From NCBI GenBank assembly GCA_046076045.1, contig JBJTRI010000033.1, positions 745 to 64,744 of the forward strand: a stretch of 64,000 nt of DNA, given 5' to 3'. Position numbers and translations under genes: made by a program. Shown here one piece after another: positions 9,358 to 17,895 of the stretch. Source of the stretch: a bacterium. Lineage in GTDB: Bacteria > Eisenbacteria > RBG-16-71-46. A model generated the notes under the pieces. That model was not told where the DNA came from. It worked only from the letters and a program-made list of their open reading frames with translations, and searched no databases. Numbering within the stretch: position 1 is the stretch's first letter; the number at the start of each line of letters is the position of its first letter.

Positions 9358-10638
9358 ATGCACGATCCCAAGTTCCTGCGCCAGAACCGCGACAAGGTCG
9401 AGGCCGGTATCGCCCTGAAGGGCGCCAAGCTGGACCTCACGCGCTTCTACCAGATCGAGGAGCGCCGTCTCGCGCTGCTGCACGAGACCGAGCAGCTCAA
9501 GGCCAAGCGGAACGCCGCCAGCGACGAGATCGCGCGCCTCAAGAAGTCGGGGCAGGATGCCGGCGCGCTCATCCTGGACCAGCGCGCCATGGGCGACCGC
9601 GTGAAGGAGCTCGACCAGGAGCTCGGTCAGCTCGAGGAGGAGGCCACCCAGCTCGCGGCGTGGATCCCCAACCTGCCGCACCCCTCGGTGCCGCCGGGTT
9701 CGGACCCCAGCTCGAACCAGGTCGTGCGCACGTGGGGCACGGTGCGCGACTTCGACTTCGAGCCCAAGGCGCACTGGGACCTCGCGACCGACCTCGGACT
9801 GCTCGACTTCGAGCGCGCCACCAAGATCTCGGGCTCGGGCTTCCTGCTCTTCACCGGGCTCGGCGCCAAGCTCGAGCGCGCGCTCATCAACTTCATGCTC
9901 GACTTCCACGTCGAGCGCCACGGCTACACCGAGGTCTCGCCGCCGCACGTCATCCGGCGCGCCGCGCTCTTCGGCACGGGGCAGCTGCCCAAGCTCGAGG
10001 GCGACATGTACCACATCGGCGAGGAGGACCTGTTCCTCAACCCGACCGCCGAGGTGCCCGTCACCAACATCCATCGCGACGAGATCCTCGAGCCCGGCGT
10101 GGTGCCGCGCTACCTCACCGCGTACTGCGCGTCGTACCGGCGCGAGGCCGGTGCGGCGGGGCGTGACACGCGCGGCATGGTGCGCGTGCACCAGTTCGAC
10201 AAGGTCGAGCTCGTCAAGATCGTCGCGCCCGAGACCAGCTACGACGAGCACGAGAAGCTGGCGCGCGACGTCGCCGACATCTTCGAGGCGCTGGAGCTGC
10301 CGTACCGCGTGCTGCTGCTGTGCAGCGGCGACATGAGCTTCGCCGCCTCCAAGTGCTACGACTTCGAGGTCTGGTCGCCGGGCCAGCAGGCATGGCTCGA
10401 GTGCAGCTCGTGCTCGAACTTCGAGGACTTCCAGTCGCGCCGCATGGGCATGCGGTTCCGGCGCGAGGTGGGTTCCAAGGTCGAGTACCCGCACACGCTC
10501 AACGCCTCGGGCGTGGCCCTGCCGCGCACGTTCGCGACGATCCTCGAGAACCACCAGCAGGCCGACGGCTCGGTGGTGATCCCGAAGGCGCTCCGCCCGT
10601 ACCTGGGCGGGCTCGAGGTGTTGCGGCCGCGCGCGTGA
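9358..10638 (+). CDS. serS: Seryl-tRNA synthetase
   Basis: N-terminal coiled-coil arm, class II motifs (FLLFTGLGAKLERALINFMLD, YRREAGAAGRDTRGMVRVHQFDKVE, TLNASGVALPRTF). Confidence 0.9.
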   Translation: MHDPKFLRQNRDKVEAGIALKGAKLDLTRFYQIEERRLALLHETEQLKAKRNAASDEIARLKKSGQDAGALILDQRAMGDRVKELDQELGQLEEEATQLAAWIPNLPHPSVPPGSDPSSNQVVRTWGTVRDFDFEPKAHWDLATDLGLLDFERATKISGSGFLLFTGLGAKLERALINFMLDFHVERHGYTEVSPPHVIRRAALFGTGQLPKLEGDMYHIGEEDLFLNPTAEVPVTNIHRDEILEPGVVPRYLTAYCASYRREAGAAGRDTRGMVRVHQFDKVELVKIVAPETSYDEHEKLARDVADIFEALELPYRVLLLCSGDMSFAASKCYDFEVWSPGQQAWLECSSCSNFEDFQSRRMGMRFRREVGSKVEYPHTLNASGVALPRTFATILENHQQADGSVVIPKALRPYLGGLEVLRPRA

Positions 10639-11981
10639 CGCCCGCGAACGACAGGTCGCGCACAGGCAAGGCCCGGGGCGACTCACCGCTCCGGCGCCCG
10701 GGGGCGGCGCACTCGTCGCGCCGCAAGCAGCTGCTCAAGACCGCGTTGTTCGTGTTCGGCAGTCTGCTCGTCGTGGCCGTGTTCCTGTTCACGCAGAACG
10801 CGGTCGGCCGGCTCACGCAGGAGGTCTCCACGACCTCGGCGCTGCTCGCGCGCGTCGCCGCGCAGGCCACGCTGCCCTCGACCAGCGACCCGCGCATCAA
10901 GGCCCTGCTGCAGGAGATGCAGAGCGGGATCAGCTTCCCCATCGTGATCACCGACACGACCGGCACGCCGCGCGCGTGGAGCCACGTCCCGGTGCGCAGC
11001 GAGGACGTGCCGCCGGAGTCGATCGACAGCCTCGTCGCGGGCTTCCCGGTCTCGCCCGTGATCGCGGCGCGCATCGAGCGCGTGCGCGCCCTCGTGCCGA
11101 CGCTCGACCGCACGCACGCGCGCATCCCGCTGCGCTCGTCGCCGACCGCGCCGGTGACCGGGCACCTGCACTACGGCAACCCGCCGGTGCTCGAGCAGTT
11201 GCGCTGGACGCCGTTCGTGGCGGTGCTGGGCACGGGCTTGCTGCTGCTGCTCGGACTCTCGGGCCTCACCGGCATCCGGCAGGCCGAGAAGCGCGTCATC
11301 TGGGTGGGCATGGCCAAGGAGACCGCGCACCAGCTCGGCACGCCGCTGTCGAGCCTCATGGGTTGGGTGGAGCTGCTGCGCGGCCACGCCGAGAGCGCGG
11401 ACCGCGAGGGCGTGGTGCGCATCCCGCGCGCGGAACTGGCCGAGACGCTCGACGACATGGAGGGCGACATCGACCGCCTCTCGAAGGTCGCGCAGCGCTT
11501 CAGCCACATCGGCTCCGCACCGCAGCTCGTGTTGCAGGACGTCGTGCCGGTCGTGCGCGAGGCGGTCGCCTACGTGCGGCGGCGCGTGCCGCAGGCGAGC
11601 GGCGCGGTCGAGATCCGCGAGCGCTACGAGGAGGTGCCGCCCATCAACCTCAACCGCGAGCTGCTCGAGTGGGTGCTCGAGAACCTGCTCAGCAACGCGC
11701 TCACCGCGCTCGACAAGCCGCAGGGCCTCATCGAGGTGGTTGTGGAGCGCCGCGCCGAGACCGAGGAGGTCGTGATCGCGGTGAGCGACAACGGCCGCGG
11801 CATGTCGCGCGACGAGCAGCGGCGGGCGTTCGATCCCGGCTACAGCACCAAGCGGCGCGGTTGGGGGCTGGGGCTGGCGCTCGCGCGGCGCGTGGTCGAG
11901 GAGTACCACGCGGGTCGCATCGGCATCCGGTTGTCGGCGCCCGGCGAGGGCACCACGATGGAGATCCGCTTCCCGACCTGA
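10635..11981 (+). CDS. Sensor histidine kinase (two TM segments, HisKA + HATPase_c)
   Basis: GTG overlaps the serS stop (GTGA). H-box ETAHQLGTPLSSLMGWVELL, N-box LLEWVLENLLSNAL, G-boxes DNGRGM and GWGLGLAL. Confidence 0.75.
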   Translation: MTPANDRSRTGKARGDSPLRRPGAAHSSRRKQLLKTALFVFGSLLVVAVFLFTQNAVGRLTQEVSTTSALLARVAAQATLPSTSDPRIKALLQEMQSGISFPIVITDTTGTPRAWSHVPVRSEDVPPESIDSLVAGFPVSPVIAARIERVRALVPTLDRTHARIPLRSSPTAPVTGHLHYGNPPVLEQLRWTPFVAVLGTGLLLLLGLSGLTGIRQAEKRVIWVGMAKETAHQLGTPLSSLMGWVELLRGHAESADREGVVRIPRAELAETLDDMEGDIDRLSKVAQRFSHIGSAPQLVLQDVVPVVREAVAYVRRRVPQASGAVEIRERYEEVPPINLNRELLEWVLENLLSNALTALDKPQGLIEVVVERRAETEEVVIAVSDNGRGMSRDEQRRAFDPGYSTKRRGWGLGLALARRVVEEYHAGRIGIRLSAPGEGTTMEIRFPT

Positions 11982-11996
11982 GGTCGGTGGGGGAGG

Positions 11997-12035
11997 CACG
12001 AAGGGCCGGTGCGCGCTGCGCACCGGCCCTTCGTG
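11997..12035. terminator. Bidirectional hairpin between convergent genes
   Basis: Near-perfect ~18-bp inverted repeat cacgaagggccggtgcgc / gcgcaccggcccttcgtg between the kinase (+) and the M28 peptidase (-) stops. Confidence 0.55.
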
Positions 12036-12053
12036 ATGGCTATGGCCGTGGGC

Positions 12054-13736
12054 TCAGGGGCGCGCACCGAAGCGCGTGCCGAAGAAGTCGCCCGCGTTCC
12101 AGTGCGGCGCCCGGGTCGCGTCGGCCGCCAGCCACGTGGCCCAGAACGCCATCGAGGTGAAGCGCGCACCGCTCGGCCAGTCGAACGGCTGCGACAGGTC
12201 GTCGTTCGGTCCGTGGTAGTGGTCCACGCGCCAGCCCGCCACCTCGTCGCGCCCCTCGGGGCTGCCGTCGTGCCCCGACACCGGGAACACCGCGGGGATG
12301 CCCTGACGCACGAACGAGAACTGGTCGCTGCGCACGAACACCACCTCGGCGGGCGTCGGGTCGGGGATGAGCTCGAGTCCCGCGAGCGCGGCCGCGCGCG
12401 CCATCACGCCGGCGAACGAGCTGTGCTCGGCCCCGATCGCGACCACCTTCCGCAGCGGACGCAGCAGCAGCACCATGTCGAGGTTGACGTTGCCCACCAC
12501 GGCCATGCTGTCGGGCGCGGCGTGCTGCGCGAAGTAGTCGGAGCCCTGCAGGCCCTTCTCCTCGCCGGTCACCGCGAGGAACACCACCGAGCGGCGCGGG
12601 CGCGCCCCCGGCGCGGTGAACGCGCGCGCGGCCTCGAGCATCATGGCCACGCCGCTCGCGTTGTCGTAGGCGCCGTTGTGGATGGAGTCGCCGTGCACGG
12701 GTTCGCCGATCCCGAGGTGGTCGAGGTGGGCCGAGACCACGATGCACTCGTCGCGCAGGCGCGGGTCCGAGCCGCGCAGCACGCCGACCACGTTGGGACT
12801 CGAGGCCCGCTCCTGCTCGGTCACGCGCACCGCCTTCACCGTCCACGTGAGCGGGAAGCCCTGCGCGCGGCTCGAGTCGGCGTCGGCGGCCGCGGCGAGT
12901 AAGTCCAGCGCAGCGCCGTCGAACAACCGTTCGGCGGCGGTGCGTCCGACCTGGCCCGAGATCTCGAGCCCGGCGTGCGTCTGCGCGGGCGCCCCGCCGT
13001 CGTCGAGCCAGCGGAAGCCCGGCAGGCGGTTCTGACGCATGTTGCGCGCCCACGGCTGGCGCGCCTCGTCCGAGGGCTTGATCAGGGTGAGCACGCCGAT
13101 CGCGCCCCGCGCCACCGCCATCTGGTCCTTCATCTGCCCGTTCGAGTAGTACGCGCGCTCGTCGTTGGGGAAGCGCGGGGGCGCGCCGCGGAACTGCACC
13201 ACCACCTTGCCGCGCACGTCCACGCCGCCGTAGTCGTCGTAGCCCAGTTCGGGCGCGCTCACGCCGTAGCCCACGAACACGAGCGGCGCCTCGGTGGTCC
13301 ACTTCGTGCGCAGGAAGTCGGGGGACAGCAGCACGTCGCGTCCGACCTCGAGCGGCAGCGCCTCGTCGCCGCGGCGCAGCTCGAACGCGCACGCCTCGGG
13401 CCGCAGCCGCGCGCGCAGCATCGGCACGGGCTGCAGGTAGCCGCCGTCGCCGCCGGGCTCGAGCCCGAGTTCCTGCATCCACTCCGCGACGTAGTGCGCG
13501 GCACGGTCGTAGCCGGGCGTGCCTGTGCCGCGGCCCTCCATGGCGTCGTCGGCGAGCGCGCGCACGTGCGCCTCGAGCCGGGCCGGGTCCACCGCGCGGC
13601 CGGCGGCGAGCACGGCCGCGGGCGGGTGGTCGCTGGCCGCGGATGCGGCGGGGCGGCGGGGCGCTGCCAGCGCGGGGACGACGAGCGTGACGAGCAGGGC
13701 GAGCGCGACGAGTCGGCGATGCGGCATCGGGGGCAT
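12054..13736 (-). CDS. Secreted M28-family metallo-aminopeptidase with PA domain
   Basis: ATG at 13736 chosen as the first Met before a signal peptide (MPPMPHRRLVALALLVTLVVPALAA). HxD and GEEKGLQGS zinc-ligand motifs (AHLDHLG, VTGEEKG). Confidence 0.75.
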   Translation of the reverse strand: MPPMPHRRLVALALLVTLVVPALAAPRRPAASAASDHPPAAVLAAGRAVDPARLEAHVRALADDAMEGRGTGTPGYDRAAHYVAEWMQELGLEPGGDGGYLQPVPMLRARLRPEACAFELRRGDEALPLEVGRDVLLSPDFLRTKWTTEAPLVFVGYGVSAPELGYDDYGGVDVRGKVVVQFRGAPPRFPNDERAYYSNGQMKDQMAVARGAIGVLTLIKPSDEARQPWARNMRQNRLPGFRWLDDGGAPAQTHAGLEISGQVGRTAAERLFDGAALDLLAAAADADSSRAQGFPLTWTVKAVRVTEQERASSPNVVGVLRGSDPRLRDECIVVSAHLDHLGIGEPVHGDSIHNGAYDNASGVAMMLEAARAFTAPGARPRRSVVFLAVTGEEKGLQGSDYFAQHAAPDSMAVVGNVNLDMVLLLRPLRKVVAIGAEHSSFAGVMARAAALAGLELIPDPTPAEVVFVRSDQFSFVRQGIPAVFPVSGHDGSPEGRDEVAGWRVDHYHGPNDDLSQPFDWPSGARFTSMAFWATWLAADATRAPHWNAGDFFGTRFGARP

Positions 13737-13910
13737 GGCGACCTCGGGTGCGGGACGGCGTGGGAGGGGCGAGGCTAGGGGCGCGGGCACGCGAGCGTCA
13801 ACGGTCCGGCATTGTCGAGTGCGTCTCGCGAGCGGTATCGTGCGCGTGTTCGCGCCTCTTCCCCCGGCCTCGTCCCGCGTGGGACGCCGTCCCTTCCCCT
13901 GGAGGTCCTC

Positions 13911-14495
13911 GTGATCCGTCGTCTGCTCGCCCTCGGGCTCCTGCTCTCGGTCCTCGCCGTGCCCGCCGCGCGCGCCCAGAACACCGCATGGGTCGGCATC
14001 GCGGGTGGGGCCAGCATCCCCATGGGCGACTTCGCCGACGTGGCGAAGAACGCGTTCGACCTCGGGCTCACCTACGCCTACCCGCTGGGCGAGACGATCC
14101 TCGTGGGAGTGGACCTCTACAACCACCAGTGGCAGGGCGACGGTGTGGTCGCGCGCCCCGACGGCGTGGCCGGTCAGGTCGGCGTGGACTCCTACCGCGT
14201 CTCGCAGGTCAGCGGTCTCGTGTACTGGGTCCCGGTCTCGGGGCAGACGATCACGCCGTACCTGCGCGTGGGTCCGGGCTACTACCAGTTCCGCACCACC
14301 TACGAGACGCAGTTCGCGCCGGACACGCGCGACCACTTCGGCGTGCTCGGCGGCGGTGGCCTCATGCTCGCGATCACCGACGACTTCGGGCTCACCACCG
14401 ACGTGGTCTGGCACCACGTGGTGCGCAACACCGAGTCGGTGCGCCTGAACGCGGTCAGCGCCACCGCCGGCCTCGTGTTCCGCTTCGGGCTCTAG
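13911..14495 (+). CDS. Outer-membrane beta-barrel protein (OmpA-like/OMP_b-brl family)
   Basis: GTG at 13911 with a GGAGG SD. Signal peptide (LLALGLLLSVLAVPAARAQ), alternating amphipathic strands and a C-terminal aromatic residue (LVFRFGL). Confidence 0.65.
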   Translation: MIRRLLALGLLLSVLAVPAARAQNTAWVGIAGGASIPMGDFADVAKNAFDLGLTYAYPLGETILVGVDLYNHQWQGDGVVARPDGVAGQVGVDSYRVSQVSGLVYWVPVSGQTITPYLRVGPGYYQFRTTYETQFAPDTRDHFGVLGGGGLMLAITDDFGLTTDVVWHHVVRNTESVRLNAVSATAGLVFRFGL

Positions 14496-14648
14496 CCGCG
14501 GCGGGCCACGGCCCACACGCACGGGGGCGGTCCCGGTCCGGGGCCGCCCCCGCGCCGTTCCCGGCCCGCTTGGGGTGGCGCGGGCGCCCGGCTACCATGC
14601 GGGCGACGCCGCTCCCCACCTCCTCCGCGCCCTCGCGCACCCGGGACC

Positions 14649-16241
14649 ATGGCCAACGAGACCACCCGCCGCATCCTCTGGGCCGACGACGAGATCGACC
14701 TCCTCAAGCCGCACATCCGCTTCCTCGAGCAGAAGGGCTACGCGGTCACGCCCGTGCCGAGCGGAAGCGATGCGCTGGCCGCGCTCGAGCGGGAGCGCTA
14801 CGACGTGCTGCTCATCGACGAGATGATGCCGGGCATGGGCGGGCTCGAGACGCTCGACGCACTCAAGCAGCGCGACGTCGCGATGCCGGTCATCCTCATC
14901 ACCAAGAGCGAGGAGGAGACGCTCATGGAGGAGGCGATCGGCAAGCGCATCACGGACTACCTGATCAAGCCCGTGAACCCGTCGCAGGTGTTCCTCGCGT
15001 GCAAGCGCGTGTTCGACGCCCAGAAGCTGCAGGACTCGCAGCGCGCGCGCGACTACGTGGGCGAGATGCGGCGCTGGCAGAGTCTCGACCTGCGCTCGCT
15101 CGACTGGCGCGGCTGGGTGGACCTGGCGGTGGACGTGGCGCGCTGGGACGTGGGGCTGGACGGGGCGCCCGAGGCCGGGTTGCAGCAGGCGCACGGCGAC
15201 TTCCGGCGCGGGCTCAACGCCGACTTCTCGCGCTTCATCGAGGCGCAGTACCCGCGGTGGGTGCGCGCCGCCGCGCAGGGTTCGACCGACGACCGCCCGC
15301 TGCTCTCGACCGACCTCGTGCGTCACGCCGTGGTGCCGCACCTCGCCGCCGGCAAGCGCGTCAACCTGATCGTCATCGACTGCATGCGGCTTGACCAGTG
15401 GTTCACGCTCGAGCCGCTGCTCGAGGACTGGTTCGACATCCAGCGCGAGTACTACTGCTCGATCCTGCCCACCGCCACGCCGTACTCGCGCAACGCCATC
15501 TTCTCGGGCCTGCTGCCGGCGCAGATGTGGAAGAAGCACCCCGACCTGTGGCAGGAGAGCACCGGCGACGAGCGCACGCGCAACCGGTTCGAGCGCAACT
15601 TCCTCGAGCTCCAGTTGGCGCGGCTCAACGCCACCCCGGCCAAGGGGCTCAAGTACCTCAAGATCTACGACGTGGACGAGGCCCACGCGACGCGCCGACA
15701 GATCAACTCGTTCACCGGCCTGTCGCTGGTCGCGATGGTGTTCAACTTCATCGACATCCTCGCGCACGGCCGCAGCGAGAACGAGATCCTGCAGGAGCTG
15801 GCGCCTGACGAGGCCGCCTTCCGAGCGGTCATGAAGGCGTGGTTCACGCACTCGCCGCTCTACGAGATCCTGCAGGCGCTGTCGGCGCAGGACTGCGTCA
15901 CGGTGGTGACGACCGATCACGGTGCGGTGCTCGGCAAGCGCGCCGCCATGGTGCACGGCAACCGCGACACCTCGAGCAACCTGCGCTACAAGTACGGGCT
16001 CAACCTGAACACCGACCCGAAACAGGCCATCATCGTGCGCAAGCCGGCCGACTACCTGCTCCCCGACGACGGCATCAACAAGAACTACGTGCTCGCGCGC
16101 GAGGACTACTTCTTCGTGTACCCCACGAACTTCCACGAGTACGAGCGGCAGTTCCGCGGCTCGTTCCAGCACGGTGGGGTGTCGCTCGAGGAGATGGTGC
16201 TGCCGTTCGTCACCCTGCGGCCGAGGTCGCCGCGCGCGTGA
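14649..16241 (+). CDS. PorX-like response regulator: CheY-like receiver fused to a PglZ (alkaline-phosphatase superfamily) domain
   Basis: Receiver motifs (ILWADDE.., DVLLIDEMMPGMGG, ILITK) plus ~400 aa with a PglZ-like metal-binding core (IVIDCMRLDQW, TDHG). Length (530 aa) and architecture match PorX. Confidence 0.7.
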   Translation: MANETTRRILWADDEIDLLKPHIRFLEQKGYAVTPVPSGSDALAALERERYDVLLIDEMMPGMGGLETLDALKQRDVAMPVILITKSEEETLMEEAIGKRITDYLIKPVNPSQVFLACKRVFDAQKLQDSQRARDYVGEMRRWQSLDLRSLDWRGWVDLAVDVARWDVGLDGAPEAGLQQAHGDFRRGLNADFSRFIEAQYPRWVRAAAQGSTDDRPLLSTDLVRHAVVPHLAAGKRVNLIVIDCMRLDQWFTLEPLLEDWFDIQREYYCSILPTATPYSRNAIFSGLLPAQMWKKHPDLWQESTGDERTRNRFERNFLELQLARLNATPAKGLKYLKIYDVDEAHATRRQINSFTGLSLVAMVFNFIDILAHGRSENEILQELAPDEAAFRAVMKAWFTHSPLYEILQALSAQDCVTVVTTDHGAVLGKRAAMVHGNRDTSSNLRYKYGLNLNTDPKQAIIVRKPADYLLPDDGINKNYVLAREDYFFVYPTNFHEYERQFRGSFQHGGVSLEEMVLPFVTLRPRSPRA

Positions 16242-16714
16242 TGCCCGGGGACCGCAAGCGCACCGGCTCGGTCGAGGCGACCGAGCGACTGGGCGAGGCC
16301 TTCGGACGCGCGCTGCGCGCGGGGGACGTGGTCACGCTCTCGGGCCCGCTCGGTGCGGGCAAGACGCGGCTCGTGGCCGGACTCGCGCGCGCCGTGGCGC
16401 CGGGCTCGCGCGTGCGCAGCCCCTCGTTCACACTCGTCCACGAGGTGCCCGGCGAGCCGTGGCTGTTCCACCTCGACCTGTACCGGCTCGAGTCGGTGCG
16501 CGAGGTGGAGGGCCTGGGGCTCGAGGAGTACGCCGAGCGCGGGGCGTTGGTGGTGGAGTGGGGCGAGCGCCTGCCGGCCGCGTGGCGCGACGACGCGCTC
16601 GCGATCGCCATCGAGCCCGGTGCGGGTGACGAGCGCGTCCTGACCGCGACGGCCTCGGGGGTGCGCGGGGCCGAACTGCTCGCAGCCTGGCGCGCGCTGC
16701 CGGAGGCGTGGTGA
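16241..16714 (+). CDS. tsaE: tRNA threonylcarbamoyladenosine biosynthesis protein TsaE
   Basis: Walker A LSGPLGAGKTRLVAGLA and the SPSFTLVHEV motif. The ATG shares the A of the upstream TGA (alternative GTG at 16238). Confidence 0.8.
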   Translation: MPGDRKRTGSVEATERLGEAFGRALRAGDVVTLSGPLGAGKTRLVAGLARAVAPGSRVRSPSFTLVHEVPGEPWLFHLDLYRLESVREVEGLGLEEYAERGALVVEWGERLPAAWRDDALAIAIEPGAGDERVLTATASGVRGAELLAAWRALPEAW

Positions 16715-17895
16715 GCGCACGACCCGCGTTGGGGCTCGCGCTCGAGACCGCCACCGAGCGCGTCGGCGTGGCGGTGGTGGAGGCCTCCGGCGCCGTGCGG
16801 GCGACCCTCCACGAGGACGTGGGCCACGGGCACACGCGGCGGCTCACGCCCATAGTGGGCCACGTGCTGGCCGAGGCCGGCGTGACGGTGCGTGACCTCG
16901 CGTGGGTGGCGGCCGACGTCGGGCCGGGGTCGTTCACCGGCGTGCGCGTGGGACTGGCGACCGCGAGTGCGCTCGCCATGGTGGCGGGGGCGCGCCGACT
17001 CGGCGCTTCGAGCTTGAGTGCGCTCGCGCATGCGGCGGGCGGCCATCGGCAGTTGCTCGTGACGCTGGTCGGTGCGGGGCGGCGCGACCTGTACGCGGGC
17101 TTCCACCGCGTGGACGCGCGCGGGCGCGTGCACCTGATCGCCGCACCGCGCGTGGACACGCCCGCGGTCCTGCTCGGCGCGGTCGCCGAGTTGCACGCCG
17201 TGCTGCCCGACCACGCGGTGCGGTTCGTGGGGCCGGGCGCGGGGCGCGAGCGCGCCGTGTTCGAGGAGGCGTACCCCGGCAGCACCGCGGACGGCTTCCG
17301 GCACGACGGGTTGTCGGCGCTCGACCTCGCTGCGGTCGCGGTGCTCGACGCCGGTCCCGGTGCGGGCCTGCCCGCTCCCGGGCGCGAGTGCGAGCCGGTC
17401 TACGTGCGACCCGCGCAAGCCGAGGAGAAGGTGCGGCACCGCATCATGGGGCTCACCCCGCCGCTCGTGCGCGCCCTGCAACCGGCCGACCTGCCCGTGG
17501 TGGACGAACTCGAGCACCGGTTGTTCGGCGACCCGTGGCCGCAGCACTTCTTCCTCGACGCGCTCGCCGCTCCCGAGGCCGTCTGCCGCGTGGCCGAGCG
17601 CGGGGGCGAGGTGGCGGGCTACCTCGTGGCCACCGTGCTCGCACCCACCGCCGAGTTGCAGAACGTCGCCACCGCGCCCGAGCATCAGCGCGGCGGCGTC
17701 GCGCGCGCCCTGCTCGACGACCTCGTCGCGACCTGTCGCGCACGCGGCGTGCGCTCGATCGGGCTCGAGGTGCGGGCCTCGAACGCCGCCGCCCAGACCC
17801 TGTATCGTTCCTACGGCTTCCGCGTGAACGGTCTGCGGCGCGGCTACTACGAGTCGCCCGCGGAGGACGCCCTGCTCATGGAGTTCCCATGCTGA
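16708..17895 (+). CDS. tsaB: TsaB (YeaZ)::RimI fusion: N-terminal TsaB domain, C-terminal GNAT ribosomal-protein-alanine acetyltransferase domain
   Basis: GTG overlaps the tsaE stop. The N-terminal half matches TsaB (ALETATERVGVAVV.., GPGSFTGVRVGLA). The C-terminal half has GNAT motifs (VATAPEHQRGGVARALL, LEVRASNAAAQTLYRSYGF). Confidence 0.75.
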   Translation: MVSARPALGLALETATERVGVAVVEASGAVRATLHEDVGHGHTRRLTPIVGHVLAEAGVTVRDLAWVAADVGPGSFTGVRVGLATASALAMVAGARRLGASSLSALAHAAGGHRQLLVTLVGAGRRDLYAGFHRVDARGRVHLIAAPRVDTPAVLLGAVAELHAVLPDHAVRFVGPGAGRERAVFEEAYPGSTADGFRHDGLSALDLAAVAVLDAGPGAGLPAPGRECEPVYVRPAQAEEKVRHRIMGLTPPLVRALQPADLPVVDELEHRLFGDPWPQHFFLDALAAPEAVCRVAERGGEVAGYLVATVLAPTAELQNVATAPEHQRGGVARALLDDLVATCRARGVRSIGLEVRASNAAAQTLYRSYGFRVNGLRRGYYESPAEDALLMEFPC